Assembly (NCBI GenBank): GCA_021738565.1
Contig: JAIPBT010000014.1
Coordinates: forward strand, 25,821-89,820
Origin: Bacteroidales bacterium
GTDB lineage: Bacteria > Bacteroidota > Bacteroidia > Bacteroidales > GCA-2748055
DNA length: 64,000 nt
Direction of reading: 5' to 3'
Shown: one piece after another, positions 40,131 to 48,561 of the stretch
How positions within the stretch are numbered: position 1 is the first letter of the stretch
Layout of the letters: every line of letters starts with the position of its first letter
Made by a program: the position numbers and the translations under genes
Notes under the pieces: generated by a model
Seen by the model: the letters and a program-made list of their open reading frames with translations, nothing else
What the model was told of the DNA's origin: nothing
Database searches by the model: none

Positions 40131-40359
40131 ATAGTAAGCATTTTATTAACTATAACCGTTAATACAGGGGAGGAAAGATAATAATTCAGCTTAAAAAATC
40201 CTAAATTTATTGTACGAACAAGAGGTGTTCCAGCTTGTATAAAAGCAAGGAGTATAACAAACGATGAAAAAAGATGTTGTAACCAATGACAATCGATCGT
40301 TCAATAAATTTCACTGCATAAAAATTCCGGATGGAAATTATTTTATAATAAGATGACCG

Positions 40360-41013
40360 ATGGCTGTACCTGATGACGAAAAATATGTCAAATCTTTGAT
40401 CGCCGAGGGTGAACACGGGCGGCTCGATTTTAAGTTTGAGATCAGCAGTGCAAAAAAAATTGCCAAAACCCTTGTTTCTTTTGCGAATACTGAAGGAGGA
40501 AGGCTGCTGATCGGCGTAAAAGACAATGGAAGGGTCAGTGGTGTAAGGACCGACGAGGAATACTACATGATAGATGCTGCTGCATCACTTTATTGCAAGC
40601 CATCCCTTTCGTTTGAAAGCTTTCACAGGGAGGTTGACGGAAAAACAGTGCTTGAGATCGAAATCCGGCACTCTGAAAAAAAACCGCATTTTGCAAAGGA
40701 TGAGAATGGCCGGTGGCTGGCCTATCACAGGGTGCTGGACAAAAACTACCTGGCAAATAAAATCCAGCTCGGGGTATGGAAACGTGAAAAACGAAGGCAG
40801 GGAACATTTATTGAATACACGGAAAATGAAAAAGAGATACTTCAGTACCTGAATAATTTTGAGTCCTCCACATTCCATGTGCTGAAAAACGAATTCAACT
40901 GGGGTACCAGGAAACTGCAGAACATCCTTATCAACCTGGTATCCCTGCAGGTTGTTTCAATGAATTACAATGAAAACGAGATGGTATTCAGTATTTCCGA
41001 CAGGATACACTGA
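40360..41013 (+). CDS. AlbA_2 (Schlafen-like, divergent-AAA) DNA-binding domain protein with C-terminal wHTH-like region
   Basis: 217 aa. EGEHGRLDFKFEISSAKKIAKTLVSFANTEGGRLLIGVKDNGRVSGV is the typical AlbA_2 N-terminal pattern (E-x-LEFK ... AFANT-GG-L-IGV-D-G). Confidence 0.65.
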   Translation: MAVPDDEKYVKSLIAEGEHGRLDFKFEISSAKKIAKTLVSFANTEGGRLLIGVKDNGRVSGVRTDEEYYMIDAAASLYCKPSLSFESFHREVDGKTVLEIEIRHSEKKPHFAKDENGRWLAYHRVLDKNYLANKIQLGVWKREKRRQGTFIEYTENEKEILQYLNNFESSTFHVLKNEFNWGTRKLQNILINLVSLQVVSMNYNENEMVFSISDRIH

Positions 41014-41221
41014 ATAACTCAAGTCAGCATCATTCCGGCTACGGCACCTGCTTTCAAAGTGTTCTCCTTCCCCCGGTTCTGACTTTTCCACCCCCAACCC
41101 CGGCCCTTCCCCCGGTGGGTGAAGGGAGGGGTTCTGAAGAGAAATTGTGCTTCGTACGATTTTTCCTTTGCCGGGCACATTTACAAAAAATTGTATGCGA
41201 TGGCGCAACGCGGACTTATGT

Positions 41222-41320
41222 ATGAATTCACCATGGTACTACGGGGCAGACAAATCTATTAAAGAGAGAGCGTCTGAGTTGCGAAAGAAGATGACATCGC
41301 CAGAGAAAATCAAAATCTTT
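41222..41320 (+). pseudogene. 5' fragment of a DUF559 (Vsr-like endonuclease domain) gene, truncated
   Basis: The translation MNSPWYYGADKSIKERASELRKKMTSPEKIKIF matches the characteristic N-terminal LKERARELRKNMTxAEKxLW segment of DUF559 proteins. The reading frame then runs into heptamer repeats and stops, and no endonuclease core follows. Confidence 0.4.
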
Positions 41321-41333
41321 TCGGCAAAGCCTG

Positions 41334-41375
41334 ACCAATAGCCAGAAGCCAGGGGCCAGGGGCCAGAAGCCAGGG
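41334..41375. repeat. Heptanucleotide array (RRGCCAG type), locus C left block
   Basis: GCCA occurs at 41341, 41348, 41355, 41362 and 41369 (7-nt phase). The orientation is opposite to loci A and B. Confidence 0.85.
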
Positions 41376-41429
41376 TTGGGGGTTTTCCCCCTTCACCCAC
41401 CGGGGGAAGGGCCGGGGTTGGGGGTGAAC

Positions 41430-41491
41430 GATAGCCAGGGGCCAGGAGCCAATGGCCAAAAGCCCGTCTAACCAGCAACCAGCAACCAGCA
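41430..41491. repeat. Heptanucleotide array (RRRGCCA x4 then CCAGCAA x3), locus C right block
   Basis: GCCA occurs at 41434, 41441, 41448 and 41455, followed by accagcaaccagcaaccagcaac. Confidence 0.85.
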
Positions 41492-41567
41492 ACTTACATC
41501 AAATAGAATTATCAATGGATGCCGGGGTGTAGAGAAACGGTTCGGGGAATTACAAATGCATCATCCC

Positions 41568-42269
41568 TTAACTTATCTTGCTGTTGACTCCTTTGATCAC
41601 GGCATCCAGGATCCTGTAGCCATCTCCCTTGCCATCCAGTGCAACCAATGCCCGTTCAGGCTGCGGGATTATGCCAAAAACATTCTTGTCCCTGTTGCAA
41701 ATGGCTGCAATGTTATCGGTTGAACCCAGGTAATTCACCGATTCTGTTATCCTCCCTTCATGGTCACAGTACCTGAACAATATTTGTCCCTCCTGCCGCA
41801 TTTCAACAAGGTCATTTTCACCGGCCCGGTACTTTCCACGGTAGGTGGCGACAGGTATATAATAAGCCTCTTCCTGGTCAAGTTGCTCCGTCATTATGGT
41901 ATGCTGATTCTCCGGTTTGACGAATACATACTTGCATACAAACTTTTTCGAAGTATTGTCCTCCAGCATGCCAGGTAACAGATCCAGTTCACACAGCAAA
42001 TGAAAGCCGGAGTTAATTCCTATGATGTATTTTCCTGAAGCTGCGAATTCATTTATATACCTTAAGGCAGATGAATGCTCAAGGCATGTTTGAATAGATT
42101 TGCTCTCGCGACATGGAAATCCACCCCCAATAAGCAAAACGTCCACATCAAAGGGGCCTGTTTCTGCATACCAGATCTCACATACTTCCTGGTGAAGGTG
42201 AGCCGAAATGCAATGCATCAATTCAGTATCCCCATGGCCTCCGGGATATTTCAGAATACCCGCTTTCAT
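41568..42269 (-). CDS. PurQ-like class-I glutamine amidotransferase homolog lacking the canonical Cys/His catalytic residues
   Basis: 233 aa, collinear with B. subtilis PurQ as I recall it. GVCNGFQILQELGLLPG corresponds to GINSGFHLLCELDLLPG. KFICRPV corresponds to KFVCKYV. GNVLGMMPHPERA corresponds to KNVFGIIPQPERA. Confidence 0.7.
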   Translation of the reverse strand: MKAGILKYPGGHGDTELMHCISAHLHQEVCEIWYAETGPFDVDVLLIGGGFPCRESKSIQTCLEHSSALRYINEFAASGKYIIGINSGFHLLCELDLLPGMLEDNTSKKFVCKYVFVKPENQHTIMTEQLDQEEAYYIPVATYRGKYRAGENDLVEMRQEGQILFRYCDHEGRITESVNYLGSTDNIAAICNRDKNVFGIIPQPERALVALDGKGDGYRILDAVIKGVNSKIS

Positions 42270-42444
42270 ATAAAATTAGGTTGAACTGATCAAAGATATA
42301 TATAAAAGTGGACCGGGCAAATTACCGATGAAGGTATACATGTTTTGAATAATAAGATTAAAATATATTGATACTTCTTTTCGCTATCTGTACATTTGCA
42401 ATGTGCAATGGAGGGTAACATGATTGTCGTTCAATTTGTTCTGA

Positions 42445-43302
42445 ATGGAAATAAGCGATGCAGATATCAGGGAATTTCAGACTGCCGTAAAACAACATTC
42501 TGTATATGACTTCAGCCAGTATTCATTCAACTCATTGAAGAGAAGGCTGATAAAGATCATTGAGGAATACGGCAATGACCTTAGCACGCTCACTGACAGC
42601 ATCAGTAAAGATGGCAAACTGGTTGAGGAAATTATTAAAAAAATAACGGTTGGAACAACAGAGCTCTTCCGTGATCCCCAGGTTTGGAAAAAGCTGATGC
42701 TGCATGTACTGCCCAGGTACCGGAAGCACTCCAATATCAATATTTGGCATCCGGGTTGCTCAACGGGCCAGGAAGTCTACTCGATGATGATCCTTCTTGA
42801 CCAGCTTGACATGCTTGACAGGTCCCGCATCTATGCAAGTGATATCAACCAGGACCTTCTGGAAAAAGCAAAAGGCGGAAGCTACGGCCTGCGTTTTAAC
42901 CAGTCATATTTTGATAATTTCAACAAGGTGTTCTCTGTCAATACACGGGATCAGGTCGCTTTTAATTCATTCGACAAATATTTCCAATCCGATATCACAT
43001 CAGACCGGATCATAATGAATGACTACCTCACCAGCAAACCGGTGTTTCAAAAAATTGACCTGATCAACGAAGGAAACCTGTTCCCGTTGAAATTTGACCT
43101 GATCATATGCAGGAATGTTATCATTTACTTTAATTTCGAGCTGCAGAACAGGATATTGAAACTATTCCACAACAACTTAAGATCAAATGGCTTCCTTGTC
43201 CTCGGACTGCACGAATCGATTGTCGGTCCGGCTACCGTATTGTTCAACAAATTCGACGATTTCTACATAAAAAGAAACGAAAATGATATTTATTCATCAT
43301 AA
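42445..43302 (+). CDS. CheR-type SAM-dependent protein methyltransferase
   Basis: 285 aa. The CheR N-terminal helical domain is followed by TELFRDPQVWKKL and IWHPGCSTGQEVYSMMILL (SAM site), then DLIICRNVIIYF. Confidence 0.8.
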   Translation: MEISDADIREFQTAVKQHSVYDFSQYSFNSLKRRLIKIIEEYGNDLSTLTDSISKDGKLVEEIIKKITVGTTELFRDPQVWKKLMLHVLPRYRKHSNINIWHPGCSTGQEVYSMMILLDQLDMLDRSRIYASDINQDLLEKAKGGSYGLRFNQSYFDNFNKVFSVNTRDQVAFNSFDKYFQSDITSDRIIMNDYLTSKPVFQKIDLINEGNLFPLKFDLIICRNVIIYFNFELQNRILKLFHNNLRSNGFLVLGLHESIVGPATVLFNKFDDFYIKRNENDIYSS

Positions 43303-43508
43303 TATCACAAAAGGCAATGAATAAATGGTATTAATCGCCTCTGCTTCATCTGTTGTTTTCTGAAATTTTCTAATTAAAAAATTCATCCTGACAGGTTTTA
43401 TCTGTATATTTATCTGCCCGGTCCATACAGAATGCTCAAAAATAAACAATCGCACTGTGGCAGGGGGCATATCTTTAGTGCTTGTCAATAAAGTCGGGTG
43501 GCTGGATC

Positions 43509-43613
43509 ATAATGTTCGTTTGCAAGGCATGCGAAGTCGGGAAATGCGGAGTCCCGATATATCATCGGGATGAGTAATTTCCCGACGAGCGTAACGCAGC
43601 AAACGGACATTAT
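43509..43613 (+). other. 105-nt extended imperfect hairpin (three stacked stems) 22 nt upstream of the SiaB-like start codon
   Basis: Outer stem: ataatgttcgtttgc (43509-43523) pairs with gcaaacggacattat (43599-43613), 15 bp with one mismatch. Middle stem: gtcgggaaat pairs with atttcccgac (10 bp). Apical stem: tcccgat (43552-58) pairs with atcggga (43564-70), with loop atatc. Confidence 0.8.
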
Positions 43614-43634
43614 GGACAGACACTCTTAAGTCTT

Positions 43635-44201
43635 ATGAACAATAAAAGGGGATATTTTGATGCAATCAGTGAGTTCTATGATGACTTGCCTGACAGTGAG
43701 ATCATCCTGGCTTTTGATGGTGATGTCACACACCAGGTAATGAAAGCTTTCGTATCATCCGTGGAAGACAGGCTGGAAAGGGAAAACGAAAATGAAGCTT
43801 CACGGAACAGGCTGTATCATGTCCTGGTGGAGTGCCTGCAAAACATCAACAGGCATGCAGATGACCAGGAGCCGGTTGATGTGGAATTCTTTCCCGGCAG
43901 GGGGGGGATCCTGCTTAGCAGAACCAATAAAAAATACTGTTTGGTTACAGCCAACATCATCAGGAATGAAGAAATTCCCGAATTGAAGGAAATGCTTGAG
44001 AAGATCAACCCCATGAAAGATGAAGAATTGAATTTGCTTTATAAAAAACAGCTCACAGAAGGACAATTATCCTCTAAAGGAGGAGCAGGACTGGGATTTA
44101 TAGACATCAGGAGAAAAACAGGCAACAAAATGGAATTCAAATTTGTCAGCAAAGAAAAGGAGACTTCCTTTTTTCTTCTGAACATAACTGTAAACAGATA
44201 A
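43635..44201 (+). CDS. SiaB-like GHKL-fold Ser/Thr protein kinase (anti-sigma-factor-kinase-like)
   Basis: 188 aa. N-box-like LVECLQNINRHA and G-box GGAGLGFIDIRRKTGN. It sits immediately upstream of a DUF1987 gene, the same arrangement as siaB-siaC. Confidence 0.55.
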   Translation: MNNKRGYFDAISEFYDDLPDSEIILAFDGDVTHQVMKAFVSSVEDRLERENENEASRNRLYHVLVECLQNINRHADDQEPVDVEFFPGRGGILLSRTNKKYCLVTANIIRNEEIPELKEMLEKINPMKDEELNLLYKKQLTEGQLSSKGGAGLGFIDIRRKTGNKMEFKFVSKEKETSFFLLNITVNR

Positions 44202-44207
44202 CTTACT

Positions 44208-44588
44208 ATGGCAGCTTTGAAAATCGAACCCGGAGATGATACTCCAATGGTTATACTGGACAAGGAGCATAACAAATTTGAAATATCAGGAAAATCAATG
44301 CCGGCAGATGTGCGGAGCTTCTATCAACCTGTGCTTGATTGGGTGTCTGCCTATACGGATGATCCGCTTGATAAAACAATATTTGACTTTAAACTGATCT
44401 ATTTCAACACCTCCTCTTCCAAGATATTCCTGGATATTTTTATGATGCTGGAGGAATTATCCGAAGCGGGCAAAGAGGTACTTGTAAGATGGCATTCCGC
44501 TGAACCTGATGAGGACATGCAGGATGCAGGAGAAGAGTATGCAGAAATGACCGAATTGCAATTCGAATTCCATACATACGAATTTTAG
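44208..44588 (+). CDS. DUF1987 protein (SiaC-like regulatory phosphoprotein)
   Basis: 126 aa. TPMVILD...FEISGKSMPADVRSFYQPVLDWV...FDFKLIYFNTSSSKIFLDIF...VRWHSAEPDEDMQDAGEEY matches the DUF1987 pattern. The start lies 6 nt after the kinase stop. Confidence 0.7.
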   Translation: MAALKIEPGDDTPMVILDKEHNKFEISGKSMPADVRSFYQPVLDWVSAYTDDPLDKTIFDFKLIYFNTSSSKIFLDIFMMLEELSEAGKEVLVRWHSAEPDEDMQDAGEEYAEMTELQFEFHTYEF

Positions 44589-44601
44589 GCATTAAGAACG
44601 A

Positions 44602-47600
44602 ATGAGTGAAGAGATTCTACGTGCATTGATGGAATTATTCGCCATCATCATCAAGCAGGATGGCGGATTATCGGAAAAAGAAAAAGAGTACGTCCGCAAG
44701 TTTCTGGTGCAGCAAATCGGGATCGAATCCGCCGATGCCTATTTTTCATTGTTTCTTCAAAACGCCACTGATGAAAAAGTCACAGAAGATGACGGTCAGA
44801 AAAAGAAAAAGCTGACCTCTGTCCTGGATTCTGTAAAGACCTTGCGCATCGGGAAAAAAATCAGCAAAACGCTTAATCAGCGGCAAAAGATAGTAGTGCT
44901 GGTAAGGGCACTTGAACTGATCTATACCGAATACAATCTTACCGACCAGCGTTTGGGGATCGTGGAAACCATCGCTGATGTGTTCAAAGTGAACAAAGAT
45001 GAATACAACAGCATCATGCGTTTCATCAAGGCTGCAGAGGACAAGGATCTAAATGATCCAAACCTGCTGGTGATTCACCCCGGAGTCCCGCCGGAAGGTA
45101 GCACACATGCCATCCAGGCTGAAGGTCTTGATGAGCTTATCATCCTGCTGAGGGTCCCGTCTGTGGAACTCTATTTTATGAATTATTGCGGCACACTGGA
45201 AGTATTGCTCAACGGACACCATCTTCAGTCACGGAGTATTTACCTGCTTGCCAACGGAAGCAGCATCAGGCTTCCCGTGGGTGTGCCAATCTATTACAGT
45301 GATATTACATCGGTATTTCTCTCCCCGGGAAACAAGGACAAGATAATACTTGAGGCTGACGACCTCTGTTACAAGTTTCCCGGAAATGTAACAGGACTAG
45401 AAAAAATCAGTTTCATCGCCGACCAGGGCAACCTGGTCGGGATCATGGGAGCCAGCGGCTCCGGTAAAACCACCTTGCTGAATGTATTAAGCGGGATGTA
45501 TAACCCCTCATCGGGATCCGTGCGCATAAATGGCATCGATCTTTTCAGAGATAAAGAACAACTGAGGGGAGTGATTGGTTATGTTCCCCAGGATGACCTG
45601 CTGGTAGAAGAACTCACCGTATTTGAAAACCTTTTCTACAGCGCAAAATTTTGTTTCAGGGACCTGGACAACGACGAAATCAAAAAGAAAGTAATTGAAA
45701 TGCTGGACACCCTGGGGCTGCTCAGGAAAAAGGACCTGAAAGTCGGCTCTGTGATGAATAAAACCATCTCGGGAGGTCAGAGAAAAAGGCTTAATATCGC
45801 ACTTGAACTGATCAGGGAACCCGCTGTCCTGTTTCTCGACGAACCGACTTCAGGACTCTCTTCCAGGGACTCTGAAAATGTGATGGACCTGTTGCGGGAG
45901 CTTGCGATCAAAGGCAAACTGATTTTCAATGTGATCCACCAGCCTTCCTCGGAACTGTATAAAATGTTCGATATGGTAATCGTTCTTGATGAAGGCGGAC
46001 GAATGATCTACTTTGGAAATCCCGTTGAGGCGGTAATTCATTTCAAAAAGATCGATAACCAGGTTAACTACGGTGCGGGAGAGTGCCCGGTATGCGGAAA
46101 TATCAATCCTGAGCAAATCTTCAGTATCGTCGAAGCACGCCAGGTAGACGAATTTGGGAATTATACGAGCCGCAGAAAGATAAGTGCTCAAAAATGGCGG
46201 CAATTTTTCGAATCGGAAAGGACTGTAAAGGAAAGAAAGCAGGAAGCAGAGAAGCCGCCTTCAAAACTAAATGTCCCCGGCTGGTTCGGCCAATTTGTCA
46301 ATTACCTAAAAAGAGACTTTAAAGCAAAGATCAGCAACCGGCAATACCTTGGCCTTGTGCTTGGCGTTTCACCAATACTTGCAATCATACTTTCATACAT
46401 CATCAGGTATATAGCTGATCCCACCAGTCATACTTATGTTTTCAGGGAAAATGAAAACATACCGATCTATATTTTCATGGCAATCATTGTGGCCCTGTTT
46501 CTTGGCCTCATCATGAGCGCGGAGGAGATCTATCGCGACCGCAAGATACTGAAAAGGGAGAAATTCCTGCACCTCAGCCATTCATCCTACCTCATTGCAA
46601 AGATCAGCAACATAACATTGATGGCGGCCATGCAAACCATCATATTTGTTCTGATAGCCAACACTGTGCTTGGAATATACGGGATGACCTTCCATTACTG
46701 GTTTGCCCTTTTCTCTGTAGCCGTTTGTGCTAACTTTATCGGGCTGATCATCTCCTCCGCATTCAACTCGGCTGTAACAATTTACATCATTATCCCCCTG
46801 GTGATGATCCCCATGATGGTACTCAGCGGAGCAATGTTCAGCTTTGAAAAGCTCAACAGATCAATTACCAGTGTGAACAAAGTACCGCTCATTGCAGAGG
46901 CCATGCCTACCAAATGGGCATTTGAGGCGCTGATGGTCAGACAGTTCAAGAACAACCGGTTTGAAGAAAATTTCTTTGAGATTGAAAGAGAGATCAGCAG
47001 GACAAATTTCCAGTCGGCCTATTACATCCCGGCCCTGGAGGAAAGATTGTCTCTGGTCATGGATGAGTTTGAAGAAAAAGGCAGGATCAGGGAGACACAA
47101 CAGGAACTCCTGGTGCTGAAAAATGAAATACTGCGACAGCAGGACAGCATCGGAGTTTCAACATTCAACAGGGAAACCTTCAATCCGGGAAATTTCACAG
47201 ATCAAACCTACTCGGAAATAACTGCATTTTTTTCTGAATTGAATGATTATTACCTGGAACAGTTCTCAAAAGCAAACAGGATCAAGCAAGACATGCTTAA
47301 CCAGATCATGGAGGAGCACCGCGAACTTTATTATAGTCTTCTTGACAAATACCACAATGAAAGCGTTTCAGATCACGTAAAAAAGATCTATGAAAAAAAC
47401 AAGATCATTGAATCTGATGGCAGGTTATACCAGCAGACCGACCCTGTATTCCTCTACCCTGAATCGTTCCGCTCTCATTTTTATGCGCCTGTAAAGAAGG
47501 CCTTTGGAACCTACATTGATACATACTGGTTCAACATTGTATTCATATGGCTAATTTCTCTCCTCCTGTATGTTATACTCTATTTTGATCTGCTCCATAA

Positions 47601-47628
47601 GCTGATCAGTTCATCCCTTTTTAAATAA
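44602..47628 (+). CDS. ABCG/ABC-2-type transporter (fused NBD-TMD) with N-terminal TerB-like domain, a possible degenerate FHA-like module and a long C-terminal extension ending in an extra TM helix
   Basis: 1008 aa. TerB-like LMELFAIIIKQDGGLSEKEKEYVRKFL. Walker A GASGSGKTT, Q-loop VPQDD, signature ISGGQRKRL, Walker B LFLDEPTSGL and H-loop VIHQPS. ~6 TM helices span aa ~560-800, with a terminal TM YWFNIVFIWLISLLLYVILYF. Confidence 0.8.
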   Translation: MSEEILRALMELFAIIIKQDGGLSEKEKEYVRKFLVQQIGIESADAYFSLFLQNATDEKVTEDDGQKKKKLTSVLDSVKTLRIGKKISKTLNQRQKIVVLVRALELIYTEYNLTDQRLGIVETIADVFKVNKDEYNSIMRFIKAAEDKDLNDPNLLVIHPGVPPEGSTHAIQAEGLDELIILLRVPSVELYFMNYCGTLEVLLNGHHLQSRSIYLLANGSSIRLPVGVPIYYSDITSVFLSPGNKDKIILEADDLCYKFPGNVTGLEKISFIADQGNLVGIMGASGSGKTTLLNVLSGMYNPSSGSVRINGIDLFRDKEQLRGVIGYVPQDDLLVEELTVFENLFYSAKFCFRDLDNDEIKKKVIEMLDTLGLLRKKDLKVGSVMNKTISGGQRKRLNIALELIREPAVLFLDEPTSGLSSRDSENVMDLLRELAIKGKLIFNVIHQPSSELYKMFDMVIVLDEGGRMIYFGNPVEAVIHFKKIDNQVNYGAGECPVCGNINPEQIFSIVEARQVDEFGNYTSRRKISAQKWRQFFESERTVKERKQEAEKPPSKLNVPGWFGQFVNYLKRDFKAKISNRQYLGLVLGVSPILAIILSYIIRYIADPTSHTYVFRENENIPIYIFMAIIVALFLGLIMSAEEIYRDRKILKREKFLHLSHSSYLIAKISNITLMAAMQTIIFVLIANTVLGIYGMTFHYWFALFSVAVCANFIGLIISSAFNSAVTIYIIIPLVMIPMMVLSGAMFSFEKLNRSITSVNKVPLIAEAMPTKWAFEALMVRQFKNNRFEENFFEIEREISRTNFQSAYYIPALEERLSLVMDEFEEKGRIRETQQELLVLKNEILRQQDSIGVSTFNRETFNPGNFTDQTYSEITAFFSELNDYYLEQFSKANRIKQDMLNQIMEEHRELYYSLLDKYHNESVSDHVKKIYEKNKIIESDGRLYQQTDPVFLYPESFRSHFYAPVKKAFGTYIDTYWFNIVFIWLISLLLYVILYFDLLHKLISSSLFK

Positions 47629-47663
47629 AATTCCCTACCTTTGGAGATAGAAATACCTTCCAT

Positions 47664-48557
47664 ATGAAGCCAAACATTATTTATGTCTTCCTGATGGTCC
47701 TGTTTCTTGCATCATGTGGCAACAGGAATAATGAAGACCTTTCGGTGGCCTACCGGGAAGCAGAGATGGAAGAACTTCTGGTTTCTGAAGAAGCCATGAA
47801 TGAAGTTATTGAAAACATCGCATCTCCCATTGAAGTTGCATCAATGCTGAATGATCTTGAAGTTCCCTTCTCCGTCACCTACCTCTCCAACCCGGAAAAC
47901 ATGTCAAGCTACTCCACCAGCTATGAAATGGCATTCAATCTGGGAGCGTTGAGTTCAGACCTGGGTTACCTGAACATGTACAACAAAACCGGAACAGCAA
48001 TCAATTACCTGAGCACCATCAACAGGCTTACCGAAGCACTTGAGGTTGGCCAGTTTTTTGATTTCGTTAAAATGAAGCGCCTGGCAACGAGTGAAAACAA
48101 CCTTGATTCATTGCTCTTCACTTCCATCAACAGCTTTAACCGGATGGACAAATACCTGCAAAACACAGATCGAAGTAACCTCAGTGCGCTGATGGTATCC
48201 GGTGTTTGGATCGAAGGTTTTTACCTGGCAACACAGGTCTATGAAAAATCAGAAATTGAGCAGGTCAGGGATGTAATAGGTGAACAGAAACTGATTCTAA
48301 ATGATCTTTTGATCATACTGAACAATTATAAGTCAATTGAATATTTTCAGGATATTATAGCTGACTACGAAAAACTAAAAAAACACTTTGACAATGTAAA
48401 GATCACCTATGAGATAGATGAACCAGAAACTGTTGAGATTGACGGGATGCTGATGGTCGTGCAGGCAGAGTACAGCACGATAGAAATGAGCGATGAAACG
48501 CTCGACAGCATCATCCGTGTAACGGAAGAAATTCGTGACAAACACCTCAACATCTGA
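47664..48557 (+). CDS. Hypothetical helical lipoprotein
   Basis: 297 aa with the lipobox VLFLASCGN, starting 35 nt after the ABC gene stop. No family was recognised. Confidence 0.5.
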   Translation: MKPNIIYVFLMVLFLASCGNRNNEDLSVAYREAEMEELLVSEEAMNEVIENIASPIEVASMLNDLEVPFSVTYLSNPENMSSYSTSYEMAFNLGALSSDLGYLNMYNKTGTAINYLSTINRLTEALEVGQFFDFVKMKRLATSENNLDSLLFTSINSFNRMDKYLQNTDRSNLSALMVSGVWIEGFYLATQVYEKSEIEQVRDVIGEQKLILNDLLIILNNYKSIEYFQDIIADYEKLKKHFDNVKITYEIDEPETVEIDGMLMVVQAEYSTIEMSDETLDSIIRVTEEIRDKHLNI

Positions 48558-48561
48558 TGCC

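Larger units (their letters stand above)
41089..41426. repeat. 38-bp perfect inverted repeat pair (41089-41126 / 41389-41426) enclosing a 262-bp spacer
   Basis: The left arm cacccccaaccccggcccttcccccggtgggtgaaggg is the exact reverse complement of the right arm cccttcacccaccgggggaagggccggggttgggggtg. The spacer holds the DUF559-like fragment and a heptamer block. Confidence 0.9.

Noticed and set aside
40264-40356. 30-codon ORF (MKKDVVTNDNRSFNKFHCIKIPDGNYFIIR) in frame with the AlbA_2 gene and separated from it by a single TGA. Considered stop-codon readthrough, selenocysteine, or an N-terminal extension.
   Set aside because: AlbA_2 domains normally begin within ~15 aa of the N-terminus, as the annotated ATG at 40360 gives. 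No SECIS-like hairpin is evident after the TGA, and the upstream peptide has no recognisable feature.
43297-43488. 63-aa minus-strand ORF in the cheR-like/siaB-like spacer
   Set aside because: It has no start context, no motifs and an odd composition. The spacer is better explained as a promoter plus hairpin region.
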